This document shows positions 48,214 to 61,600 of a DNA stretch of 64,000 nt, piece by piece. Both the position numbers and the translations under genes were made by a program. This stretch comes from Promethearchaeati archaeon (GTDB lineage: Archaea; Asgardarchaeota; Heimdallarchaeia; Heimdallarchaeales; Heimdallarchaeaceae). Under the pieces are notes generated by a model. That model was not told where the DNA came from. It was given only the letters and a program-made list of their open reading frames with translations, and did no database searches. Location: assembly GCA_013166775.1 (NCBI GenBank), contig JABLTJ010000004.1:64001-128000 (forward strand). The letters are read 5' to 3'. Positions within the stretch are counted from its first letter, which is position 1. Each line of letters starts with the position of its first letter.

Positions 48214-49623
48214 TTAGATGAAATCTCCTGTTTCAATCTTTTGAGGTAGATAGAAATTTGTAATATATTGTGGATCTCGAGCATTCAGAGCTTGTATTTC
48301 AGCTTTATACCCACTGGAAATTAGAATCTCTAACTGTTCTTTCCATCTTGGTTTTCTTACTACAAATTCCTCTTCTAGCATAAGCTTAGATCTATGAATA
48401 TCTTTGGCAGTCATTTTTAGGAGAGTGCTACTAGGAATATCAAAACCACTTTCTGGAGCTAGATCACTTGGAAGAAGCCCCAACCACTTAATGCTTGGTA
48501 CTGCTAAATGACTAGATTCGAAGCTTAGTGCTTTGCTTCCTACACTATAAACTCTCATGATTTCAAATCCATAGGGATCGGCATCCATAATCGCAAAAAT
48601 AGGGAGCTTCAATTCATCATCTATTTTTTTGAGAAACTGTCTTGTTGCAATATCTGGTTGTCCTTTTGCAGTTATTAGAATACTTGGCACATAATCATAA
48701 AAATGATCTTCTGCTAATCTATTAAAGACAGCATCTTTTTCTATTACTAATACAAATTCTGCATCAGAATCTAAATCTTCTATGTCATCTATATTCGGTG
48801 AAATAGCTTTTCCTGCTCCAATTGCTCTACAATTAATTAAATCACCTTTTTCCTTAAAATCTATGCGACCTACAACTATACCTTTAGAAGATGCACTTAT
48901 GTTGAGTGAGGATCTAGTTACTTGCAACATTGCGCTCAAATCCTCTAATAATGAATCAGAGACAGTTTGCTTCTCAAACGAATTAACATCCATGTAAAAT
49001 ACATCTCTTTTGGTACTATGAATATCTCTGGTAAGAATATCGTGAATAATCCTCATAATGATAGTCATTTGTTCCACAGAGCTTACAGATGCAAGATTAC
49101 GAAATTGTCGTTCAATCATTTGTCTTCCAATTAGAACGAGTTCTTGTTCTTCGTCAAATCCTACATTTGTTCCAGCTCTAGAGGGAATATAAAACGAAGC
49201 TTCAGATGGAGATAGCATTGCCTGTTGAAGAAAAGCCAAAGAGTATTCCACAAGCAAATTGTTGGTTTCTTCAGATGTTTTAGTATCTACATGAGTAACA
49301 CCAAAAGGCATAAAATGATCTAATTTATGTTCAAGTTCTTTACGAACATCTTGAATCTTTTTCAGAGAAACTGCGTTTTTTATACTGATTTTCATTGTTT
49401 CCTTTTGCAAAGGGTATCTTGATAATTTTCGAGTTGATTCCAGTTTGTACCATTTCTTTGCACTTCTGAGAAATAAAACAAAAGATCCTCGCCTAAGATC
49501 AAAGGCTTCTCTAGCCCATGAATACATTTCTCTAACTAAAATTTCTTTATCAAAACTAAATGGTTTTTCCAATGCGGGTATAATTGTTGAGTTTCTAAAT
49601 ATGAAATTAAATTCAGGTGGCAT
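48214..49623 (-). CDS. top6A: DNA topoisomerase VI subunit A with N-terminal ubiquitin-like extension
   Basis: TKRDVFY (catalytic Tyr region), TOPRIM IEKDAVF and DADPYG, KGQPD, KAEIQAL. Confidence 0.93.
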   Translation of the reverse strand: MPPEFNFIFRNSTIIPALEKPFSFDKEILVREMYSWAREAFDLRRGSFVLFLRSAKKWYKLESTRKLSRYPLQKETMKISIKNAVSLKKIQDVRKELEHKLDHFMPFGVTHVDTKTSEETNNLLVEYSLAFLQQAMLSPSEASFYIPSRAGTNVGFDEEQELVLIGRQMIERQFRNLASVSSVEQMTIIMRIIHDILTRDIHSTKRDVFYMDVNSFEKQTVSDSLLEDLSAMLQVTRSSLNISASSKGIVVGRIDFKEKGDLINCRAIGAGKAISPNIDDIEDLDSDAEFVLVIEKDAVFNRLAEDHFYDYVPSILITAKGQPDIATRQFLKKIDDELKLPIFAIMDADPYGFEIMRVYSVGSKALSFESSHLAVPSIKWLGLLPSDLAPESGFDIPSSTLLKMTAKDIHRSKLMLEEEFVVRKPRWKEQLEILISSGYKAEIQALNARDPQYITNFYLPQKIETGDFI

Positions 49624-49625
49624 TT

Positions 49626-52600
49626 TTAATTACCCTCCTTTTTTTGGGTGTTTGAAGATTTCTTAACCGTTGTTGTATTTTTGTTACTTTTGGTCATATC
49701 CAACAAAGTTGTCTGTCTAGCTTTAGCTGATTTTCTATCGGCAGATTTTGTTGTAACTGAAGTTTTTGGTTTTACTGAGGTTGAACCAGCTTTTTTAGGT
49801 GTAGCTTTTTTAGTAACAGGTTTTGAGGTACTAGTTTTCTTAATGACTTTTACTTTCTTAGGTGGAAGTCTGCTTTTTAGGCTCTTGATAGCCATATAAC
49901 TGAGATCTGTTTTCTCATCGAGTTGCGCAGCTGGATAAACTACAAAATCTTTGATGGTGGTAATTCCTAATTGCTTGATTTGCTTAATTACTTCAGGTTT
50001 TATCTCTAAAGTTCCAATGGGTTGTTCAAGTATTCCTATCAGCTTCTTAACATTTGGATCCTTTAACGATGTGGAATTCTTCATCTCTGTATCTGGCATT
50101 AAAAGTGCTTGAAGAGTGGTTATACTACTTCCTTTCAATTGAGCTATATTACCTTCAGTAATATGTGGAAGTGTTTTTCTTATTTCGACTTGATCCTTTT
50201 CAGCTTGCTTGAGAGATTCAGGATTCAATGACGCATAAAGTGATCGAAGATCCTTTACAGGTAGTGTAATTATCTTAGAGAGCTGTTGAACTAGAGTTGC
50301 GAATAAATCCCATAAATTATTGATATTTTTGCTATGCAACAGAAAAACACTCTGAGCATTGATTTTAATCATGTCAGTAAGATAATAAATCGGGGTTTCC
50401 AGAAGTTTTTGTATTCGAGATATTTGAAGTTTATTTAATCTCGAAGTTGAAGCTATGAGTTCTTCTGAGGCTTTCAAATGAGCGATGGTTGTATAACCAG
50501 ATATCTTTAATAATTTCTTTGTGTTTTTATCGAACAAACCTATCTTATCTACAGGATAACTCTTGTTAACCAACGCATCTTTTATCGACAAGAGACTCAA
50601 GGAACTTTGTAATTTCTGTACAATTGTTTGTTCCTGTTCTGTAAGAGACATTTTTACAACTTTTCTTACATCTGGAACAACAATGAAATCAATAACTTGT
50701 ACGATTCCTGCTACTTCTAATTTAGAAATTAATCGTTCTTGATTAACAAACAGATTGATCGGAGCTCTTAGAGCAATAACTAATTCGACAAGTTCTGGCT
50801 CGTAATCTGCGATCTCCGTATTCTCTAGATGTTTAATCAGAGTACCGAAGGATCTAATTTTCTGTTTTCTGAGGAAAGGTGCTAACTCTGAACCGCGTAT
50901 AAAGCTAGACAATCTCTTCTGTTCATCGTCCAGCATTCTTTCCACTTTTGTTGAGGATAATTTAGGTAAAAGATTAGCACAACTCAGTTTATCGCTTTCA
51001 GGTGTAGTTGATTTGCAATAGAGCAATAAATCATAAATATTGACTAGCTTTAATTCTGATACAAGTTTCTGGATATTCTTGGATTGTCTAATAGGTGGTA
51101 ATGAAAGCAATTCTGTTTCTACCATAGAACAAACAGTTTCTGTGAGTTTCCAGAGAGAACTTGTTTTAGCACTAGATTGTCTATTGAAAATTATAGCTTC
51201 TTCAATTGAATAAATAGTGTTACTCTCTAATTGTGATATATTACTTCCACTAAGTAATTCAGAAGGTAGATTCGTCAATTCCTTTTCAAGATCATTTAAA
51301 AGACTAATTGATATATTTCTAAGATTTCTTAGGAATGTCGTTTCTGAGATCTGTTTCTTAATCTTGATACTATCTTCTAGCAATAACTCTCTGATATTTC
51401 TATATGGGAGTTTAGCTACTTGATCGATACTATTTCTAGTAGGAGCTAAGAGAATAGGAGATCTTGATAAAAATGGAACCAATTCCTTGAATCGCTTACT
51501 TATTTTTGAGTGTAGATGCGATTTTGTTTGGTCATAGATTGCAGTTTTATGCTTTTCAAGTAATAGTAAATATTCAATTGTTGAATCTGACATTTCCAAT
51601 TTCTGATCTTTAGATTCAAGATTGAGTATTTGAGATAGGGGTAAACCTTTACTAAAAATGAAATTAATTACAGTACTGATACTATCTCGCTGTTTTTTCT
51701 CCATGGTCATTTTATCTATGCTTGGAGCCAAATATGCAAGGTCTAATATTGATAAGGAAAACTCGGAAGTTGAATCAAAATCTTTCAAATTTAGTTGTTT
51801 AAAGATTTTTATCTTATCCAAGATATAGTTTGGAACTTTCTCAAGTTTTACTTTCTTCTCAAAAAGGTCTACATAAGTCTTGATGTCCTTTTGTTTCAGG
51901 ATGTCTATATCCTTTTTGGAGAATAATTTATTCTCTTTAATTATTGGATGATGACCAATGTTGCCTTCAGTTAATGAATAACGCAGTTTTTCAACTTCAG
52001 TTTGTTTAAGGGAAAGAATTGAAGATAACTCTTTGTTTGTTAATAAATATAAATCTTCAATTGTTTTAATCGATTGGAGTAACCTCTGCCAACTTTTTAT
52101 TGTTACATTAGGGAATAACAATAATTGTATTGGAGTATTCAATCTTCTTTGTATTTTGTTTCCTAAAGCTCTGGATATTGGATAATTTTCTTGTTTCAAA
52201 GAGTAGATTAAATCGTCCATTGTGGAATAATGTTTAAGAGTTTCTTTCTTCGTTTCAGCATCAAAAATCTTAATCTTACTTAGTTGAACTTTTTTGCTAA
52301 CATCTGTTTCTATCTTCTTATATGATAATGATGTTAGTGAAGTAATTATTGCTTCCTTGAATGAAGCAGGAGTCAAATTGGTCCAGAAAGAGCCAGGTTT
52401 GATAATAAGTTCACCAACAGTGAATACTCCTTTCAAGGCAAGATTTTCGGTATCAGACTTCGAAAGAAAAGACAATGAAGAAACAGGATTCTGGAATGAT
52501 TGATTGATTTTGTGTCCTAATATGCTTAATGAATCCTTATTCTGTTCTAAAACAGTGACTAAATCAACAACTGTGTTGACATTAGAGACACTAACCTTCT

Positions 52601-55600
52601 TTGAGAATAACTCACCTGGATTGTCATTTTCAAGATATTGTGAGAGTGGTATATAATCGCTTTTAACAGCTGTTTTGTTCGCAGAAAATAGTTTCATGAA
52701 TCCTATGATTTTATTCTTTTCAGCTTGAGTACTTGAGGAAATGAGTTCTTGTACTGTTGTTATTCCAGTTTCAAAATAATCTCTTTTGATATCTGAAAGG
52801 GTATGTTCTGATATACTTGGATAATACAGGATTGAGGTTGCTAGAGCTGATCTTGTTTTATTTCGTATTTGTTGTATTTTCTTCTCTGAAACAAGCCAGT
52901 CATAAATGGAGTTTCCTGCAAGTTCATCTAGAGAATAAATTCCTATCGATTTTAAGAAATTTCTATCTGCTGTTGATAAGAAAAAGAATTCATCAGCAAT
53001 CTTTTCAGCTATTGTATCAAGCTTTTGGATTATATTATCTATTTTAAAACTATCAATCTGATTTTGTATATCAGAAACTTTTGTCTTTGTCGTTGCTGCA
53101 ACTATACTAGGGGACATAAAGAATAAATCTGCTATAATTGTAAAATCAGCTTTTTTCCATTTATCTAGAATTTTTGGATCAACTTCTAGATATTTTAGAT
53201 TTGCTAGAAGATAAGGAGCAAATTTAGTATAAATCTCTTCATCTTCCTTAAATGAAGGAGAGGTTATAAGAGCCTTATATGACGAAAATCCTTTCTGCTG
53301 TAGAAAAACTTCCAACTCAGAGAGAGGTTCGACGAATCCAGATTCTCTTATACTTTTGATCAATGAGAGAGAATCCAGAATTTCCTCTTGAATATTCTTG
53401 GGAAGTTTCTTTATGAAAATAAGATGCTCAATGATTGTAGTTAGTCCTAGGTCATAACAAAAATCAATGGATTCTTGTGTAATAGTGGACAAGTAACTAA
53501 TGTTATATGACAGTTTATCTCTCAAAGCATTAATGTCATTTGATTTCAATCGTGTATTTTTCACAATATATTCAATAGGGATGAAATACAAGTGCTCGAT
53601 TGTAGAAACACCTATTTGAAGGAGTGGAGTGGTTAATTTAGCTGACAAGCTTAATTTCTCTAATCCTATTCCCTGTTTCTTTATATTTTTAAAGAGCTTA
53701 ACTAGATAATTTGGATCTTCTTTTTGATTATCAATTAGCTTATGCAAGCTAGGAGACCAGTTCTTTGGAGGGATTTCCAACAAGTTTGTGTAGGTTATAA
53801 CACTGTTGCTTAGCAAATCCTTAATCTCAGTATGTTTGAATTTTAGAGTCTTTCCGATTAGAGTAATTGGTGTTAAGAGATAAGAAGTAAGTTTCACTAT
53901 TTTGTTACGTTCTTCATTTGAGAAAGGTAATAAATCTAGATTCAGTTTCGATGCTTGAATAAGCGAAACACAACCATAATCAGCTAAGATTTTTCTTGTA
54001 TCTTGAGATATTTCAGGAAATAGGCTTAAATCCATTCCAGTTTGTTTAACATTTTGCTCCAGAAGTTTTATATCTTGAGTTGTTTTGTTTCGAGTAACCT
54101 GCTCTTCTGGAATCTTTGTAATTGCGGAGAGTAGAGGTGTAGGAACCAATAGGAATTGGTAAAGATTCCTTATACCATGTCCCTTAATTTTATCAATTTG
54201 CTTTGTTGAAAGATTATCGACTGAAGACAAGGGAAGGCTTTTCAGAGAGAGAATCAAGGGATAAACCTCAGCTAGTAAGCTTTCATTTTCAACAATCTTG
54301 CTATCTAGTGAGAGTAGTTCATCTAAAAAGATAATTTTTTCATCTTTTAGTTTCTTTAGAATAGATGGATCAGTTATTATTTTTGTATCTTCAAGTTTAA
54401 TTGCCCAATCTGGTGGACTGAATTGAATAATACTGCTATTCAGAAATTCAGTAGTCTTCGAATACAAACTTTGATATTGTTCATTTTGAGATAAAAGTAA
54501 TAATCCTGAGATTATATTTATTCCACCTATTTGAGCAAGAGACAGCAATTGTTTAACACTTAAGGACAAGTCAGAAGTAAGCCAAGAGATTGGTTTAAAC
54601 ATATTTGAAGTTGCAATTCTTATGATTGATTTCTCAAGATCATCTAGCTCAAAAACTGGATGAGGGATGAAATCAATTATCAATAATGCGCTTGATAATC
54701 CATATTTCATAAATTGTTTTTCTGCTTTGTTTGGGAATGACAAAGAATGATCTATAAACTGTGAAAATGTTTCAGACATTTTCTTACTTAATTCAAATTC
54801 TCTCTTAAAATTCCTTATTTCTGATGTTGTTTCTTTTGAAACACCGGTTAATTCACTTAAGTTAAGTGAGAGAAGTTCTATAACATGTTTGATCCCTTTG
54901 TTCCACAAAACTGATTTTGTAGGAATACTAATGCCAGGGATGGATAATACATTCAAACATAAGAAACTGACGAGCTGTTCGATGAATGCGATGCTTGAGG
55001 TTTTTACAATCTTATCTGATTCTGTTAGTTGCATTAAAGCCTCAGGTATGAACCCAAATAAGTCCTCTGCAGCTTTTTTAGTTGGATCAAATTCCAAGGA
55101 TTTTAGTAATTGAATTATAGGTTCATTTAGCTTTAATTGAGCACCTTTAGAGAGAGTAAAAGCTCCTTTCCTAATCTTACTTATTTCTTTGGGAACAGAA
55201 CCCTCGAATGCACTTTTAAGATCTTTATCTGAGCTATTGAATAGATCTATAAGTCTAAGAATTCCTTCTCCTATCAATCTTAGTTTATCCTCTGATGAAA
55301 GCTCTTTGATTCTATAAACAGAGATATGACATCCATTGAGAAATTCTCTCATGTAATCTCCTGAAACACTTATAGAGGGATAAGCTTGATAATTCAAACT
55401 ATACAAATCTTGTACATATTCTTTTCCAGTTCTAAGTAATGAAGCAATCTTTCCTTTTGATAATACACTGAATTCTTCGAGTTTTACTCCTTTTCTGTTG
55501 ACCTCTTTCATTAGGTTTTCAGGCGTTATTCGCTCTAAAAATCGCTGGACTTTCTTTTCACTCATTTTTAGAAGAAGAGCAATTGTAGATACATCTTCAG

Positions 55601-58600
55601 TTATAAATGAGAGAATATCCCCGACTCCTGAATAAATTAGCTTGCGAACTTGGTTATTATCCAAGCCTATGAATGCAACAGAAGCTCGGTATAGTTGAAC
55701 TTCTCTGAAGATGTCAAGTTTCACTAAAGCAGGACGCGACTCTCTAATTTCTTCCATGCGGGAAATAAAGTCCTGGATTGAGTTTATTCCAATATCATTC
55801 AGTTTCTCCAGATAATCTTCCTCTATAGAGGGGCAAACAGAAAGAGGAATTGCAGAACTTATACGTCTTTCAGCAAGTTCATCAAAAGAGATAAGATCTA
55901 ATGCATGAAACTCTTGATAAATTGGATTTTGAGTGATCTGATGTAACTCGTCTTTATTTACTAATGCAAGATCAATTACTGAATTTATCTCATGAAATTC
56001 TAATCGTTTCAATTCATCATATGAAAGAAATCCAATGAATCTTATAGATCCAGAAAGAAGCTCCTTTGCTTTCTTGTATTCTTCTATTGAAAGAATTTCA
56101 GAGATACCCATAATGCTTGCAGAATAAAAGAATGATTCAATATCGGAAACACCTATGTCTTTCAGATCTTCTATCTTCTTTTCTGACAAGTACTCTGAAG
56201 GTCTTATTATATGAGCTTGAGATAAGCGGAAAGCAACTATATCGGAATAGGTTAATGCATCTTTTATTTCTCTTATTTCTTTTTGAGAATTACCAGTTAT
56301 CTCAGAAATTTGTTTTACTGGAATTGAAAAGAAATCAATTAAAGTATTAACTGAGGATTTACTTAACTTGAGAGCAATTGATCTAGGTAATCCCATAGAA
56401 GCAATAGGAATTGCAAGCTCCATGATTAACCTGTCTAACGAATCATCTTCTAATAAACGAGTATAAAATGGTTGAAGAGCAGAATGTTCTTCAAAATCAA
56501 TTTCGAAAACATCTCCAATTATTACGTTTTTGTATTCTTCTCGTCTTGCTTTTCTAATTCGAGTAAAGAACGGTGTGATTCTTAGAGGAAGCTCCAAAAT
56601 TGATCGAATTAGGGTTAAATTATAATTCTCTGTTAGATATTGTTGATCCTTCCCCATTAGGTCTTTTATAACCTTATTATCGGTAATTACATCAAATAAT
56701 GTCTTATTCTCTATATCTTGAACTACTTTCTTGAAATAAGATGAATTATAAACAGTAGCAGGGAGATTCGCAAAATAATGAAATGCCTGCATTATAATGA
56801 TTTTTGAAGAATATGTTGATACAACACGGAACAGAACAGGATCTGTAAGATCTGCATCAGGAATGAAAAGCAATTGGTAAACATAATTGATGTTATTTTG
56901 CTCAAGAATCTCCATAGAAAACTCTGAAATCTCTGTGAAAATCTTTAATGGTAGTGTTAGATACTTCTGAACTGCAGAGATTTTTTTCCATATTTCTGGA
57001 TTGGAATAATAGTATTGCTCCTCTGTTGAGTAATATAGTTCTTGGATTGTTTGAAAACGCTCAAATTGAAATATTGAATCTCTACTTAATACTCTTTGCT
57101 CATGCTTATCAAATAGTTGTGTTTCAAAGGCAAAAATACCTTTGTTTTCATAGAGAGCTTGAATGCTAGATGTTGTCAAAGTTGTTATAATTTCCTTAAC
57201 CTCTTCTGGTTGAGCTTTTATTAATTTACTAGTTTTTTGAGCTGGAGCCATAATGAATTCTGCAATAGTTTGAATTCCATTTTCTCTAAGAATTTCAGTA
57301 TTGGTAAAGGATATAGATGGTAAGAAATAAACTGGTAATGAGAAGTAACCAAAGATATCGGATAAATCTAAAGCATTCTTTATGGTTTCAAATCTTTCAT
57401 CCGCAATTCCTGTCTTTTCCATAAGTGCTTCAGGTGAGGATAACATGAATCCAAGTAGAGTGGAAATACTAGCTTTTCTTAGTATTTCGATAATCTCTGG
57501 ATCTAACATATCTGATATATGATTGAGTGGAAGGTTCAAGATTGCTTTAAAAGATTCAATAACATACCAAGGTAGAGAATCTATTGTCCATTTGTCCTTT
57601 GAAGTTGAGAAGTACAGATCCTCAATTGTGACTATATTATGTATATCTAATTCTCTTACAATCCTAGGTTCTAAAATTCCAAGTTCTGATAGATCTATTC
57701 CAGTATCACTTATTCGTACATTCTTTTGCAGTGATCTAGCTTCTTCGATTTCAATACCTAGATACTCAATTAAATCTGAGGGTTGACTAACCAGTAAATC
57801 GATAATTTTTGTTATTCCATGATTACGAAGGGTGTTCAATTGTTGAGTAGATAGAGTAGAAACTAGTATATCATCTATATAACTATCTTCTTCTGTTTCC
57901 TCATCTTTTACTGCTCTCTTAATCTCTTGTTCCCAAGTCACTAAGGTTAATGGAGAACGTAGAAGTTTCCTAAATTTTTCTATCACATTCCAATTAACAA
58001 AAGCTGATGAAAATGTGAGAGGGTTTGCAAGATAGAAGATTTTGTCTATGGTATCGTATCCAGATAGAATTAAAGAAACAATCTCAGGAGAGGAGAATCT
58101 CTCAGACTCTTCAAATTCAAATGAAATTAAGGACTCATATTTATTCCCTTTTTTCTCAAAGAAGAAGGTTCCTTGTTTTAGAATTGAAAAATTCTCAAAT
58201 AGTTGTGTTACATTTTCCTCTTCTTTTCCAAGAATGGATGCTAATTCTGCAACAGTAAAATCAAAGATTTGATGGATGGCTATTATTCCATAATTTCTCA
58301 ATTTATCATAATCATCCAAAGTGAGACCACTAATTCTTGATATCGGAAGAGCTAGACTTCGTAGAAACTCATCATACTCGCTAATAAGAACTATTTGTTT
58401 ATTAAATTCACTCTCTTCATCGATATCTCTTGTTTTAATTTTATTGTATAAATTCAAAGCTAACTTTCTTTCTTTTGTTGAACTAAGTTCTGACTCAATT
58501 ATCTCAGGAAGCAAATCTAAAAACTGTCTGATTGTTACAATATTTCTTAATTTTAACTTTAGTAATGTATTTTTTAGTTCAGGATGCTCTTTGAACTTAC

Positions 58601-61600
58601 TAGAATATATTTGAGTAAGCTCGATTAATTCAAGATTAGAAAGTTTGTTCAGACTCTCAAAATTCTTCCAAAAATCTTGAGTTAATGATGGTTTTTCAGT
58701 AGGGTAGACACTGAAAAGATCCTGCAAATTAAGGTTAAATTGATCAAAATAACTAATGAATTTTGGAAAGATTTTCTTAAATATTTCAATATCTTTTCCA
58801 AAAGTAGCTCTGTTTTTATTAATTTCTTCTGCTGAAACAGTCTTCTTGAATTCTTCTATTTTTATTTCCGATAGATTTAGAATTTCTGCTAATTCACTGT
58901 TAGACCATAGTGTGAAACGACCTATGCAGTTTATACCCACATCATATAACAGATTAGAATTCTTACGAAGAGAGGGAAAAGCAAAAATCAGAGGAGTTCG
59001 GAGGAATGTTGAGATTTCTATATATTTTTTCTTGTTTTCTGATGATAAAGAATAGGCTTCTGGAGGATTATAAAACAGCTCTTCTAAGGTAACAATTCCT
59101 TCTGTTTTAAAGAATTCAGGTTCATCAATCCAAGAGGGTATAGGTACCCCCAGTTTCTTCTTAATCCACTCAATATCTTTTTTACGTAAACCAACTTTAC
59201 GTAATTGGGGAGAAGGATAAGCTAAGAAAGAAGAGGTTGTAAAAATTTGAAGAGCAGTCAAGTCTCTTTCAATATCTTGAGGTATGATTTTTATGTGAGA
59301 GAGATCTTTATCCTGTTTGGTCTCCCTAATATGAGATAAGAGTTTATATTTAGATTCTTTAAGTAAGAAATCGCGAAGCGATGCAAATTTCTTGTTATGA
59401 ATTGAATTTACTGGTAAATAAATTAAATCCAATAAAGTTGAGATCTTGTTTGTAGCTAGAATCTTCTTGACTTCTGATTCTTCTTGGTTTAAACTTTCAT
59501 CTGTTGTAAATTGTAACTTTGATAAAGAAATAGACTTCGAAGAAGAAGAAAGGATATCCATATAAGATGCATAGAGTTTTCGTTCAAGTTCTTTGATTAC
59601 TATTAGTTCATCAAGATTAGTATTCAGAAAATTCTCGATTGTTTTTATTTTTCTCCTGTGGAAAGCGTTCTTAGTATATGCATCCGTCCAATCAGGAGTC
59701 ATTTTAGTAATATTTGTTTTAGCAAAATCTGGGAATTTATCACATAATTGGGAATAAACATTCTGCATATAATTTACTAATATTGCAGTAATTTCTGCTT
59801 GATAATTTATAGTAGTAGGTAGTTTAGTTTGAAAGAGAAACTCCTCGATAGTTGTTTCTTGAGCGATTAAACCCTTAGAATTATCCTTTAGGTAATCAAA
59901 CGATGGGAATAAAGTCTGTATTTTTAGGTCTGTTGTTTTAGTCAAGGAAGCTATTAGTTGCTTACCTTCGGAGGAAATTGCAGCACCATTTTTCTTATTC
60001 CTATTGAGTAAAAACTGATGTAACAAATCTTCCCTCATATTTTCAAAAAGCTTCTCTGGTAAACCCGCAACTGATTGAAGTTTATAAAAATCAGTAGCAA
60101 AGTAATGATAACTATTTTGTATCCAACGTCTATACAAAGAGTCCTTTAAAGAATCAAATGATTTTCCATTGTCTGAAATAAATCTTTTTTCTATGGTTCT
60201 ACTCACAAAGATTTTAGGATCAAATCCTGGACTCATACCTTCCCTATCTAGTTCTGATATTGTTCTCAATTTTATGTTGTAAATATCCTCTTCAGAGAGC
60301 GATAGAAGAGTTACAAGTTCTTTTGAAGGGGTAATAAGAAAATCTGCAACAGACTCAATTTCTTTTGATTTCAAAGCTGATTGTATTCTTGAAGGACACC
60401 ATACATTGGCTCCAAAAAGTCTTTTTCCTAAAGGCATGAAGAGTTTGACTTTTTTCGTTGCTCCATGAGCAAGCGCTGCTGCAATTCGATCTGTTTCCAA
60501 CCTGAAATCAGTATAGCTTAGATCTTCATCTTCCAATATTTTTGTTAGATTCTCAACAATTATTGGAGCTGATCTAACAAAACGAGATAATCTTGCATGT
60601 TCTCTTCGTTTTCTTTTTGCTCTACTAAGAAAGGTCTTTAATCTTCTTCCTAATTGCATTAGAGCTAATCTAATTTCTTCCTCAATCTCTGGAACAATAG
60701 ATACATATTCCTTGCTAGTTTCTGGGAAGGGTATTTTTGTACTAACTAATGAAACAGCAATTGCTAATGGATCAGATTGTCTAGTAAGACCATAATCACT
60801 CCACCTTATTGAAGAGACAACATGTGTAATAACATCGTTCCCAGCACCAAAAACAAGAGGGATTCGATTAGCATAACGATATATTATCTTATTATCTGTT
60901 ACTGTCGCACCTTTTACTTGTGATGCTTCAGCTACTCCTCCACCATATCCTAATGCTGCTTCAATAACAAATGGATGTCCAGAGTAAGCTTTTGGAGCTC
61001 GAGTGATAGCTTCTACGAATTTTGGCTGTAATTCTTTTTCCAAACCTTTCCTTAATCGGTTTGATCCTAGAGGTGAAAGAGCTGTTCCTCTTGGGGCATC
61101 AAACTGGAAAATTCTATCTCTTTTTCTCTTTACATCTTTAGCTTCTTGATATGCTTTCACGAATCCTTCATGAACAATTCTTCGAATCTCATGAGATGTG
61201 ATATCTTTTGGGGATTTGTTTGGATCTATCTCTAGGAGCTGGAAGAAATGCTCTGCTATTTCCTCATTCACTCCCATAAATTGTGTGGCTAGAAATTCCT
61301 TCAATTTCTTGCTTCTAGTCACTGCTAATTCAGCTTTAAACTGTGTAATATCACACCCCCAAGGATGAATTTTCACTGGTTGAGGAGGTGGAGGCATATC
61401 ATCGACAACACTCTCATAGTCCAACTCCTCTGTTTCTCCTTCCTTGTCACCTGGTAATCTAACTTTGAAGCTTGAGTAAGGAGTAATAATTGCTAACTGT
61501 TTGAAATACTCCTTCACACTATTTTTCGCTAATCTCCAAGCACCTGTAAATGTAATTGAAATTTCCAAACCTGGTTCTTCCAAATAATTAGGATCTCCTG

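Noticed and set aside
49870-60400. Top6B extension as an intein, a fused mobile element or a collapsed assembly repeat
   Set aside because: No intein splice motifs (C/S...HN), LAGLIDADG or transposase motifs seen; the extension is C-terminal; repeats are highly diverged with no visible DNA-level identity
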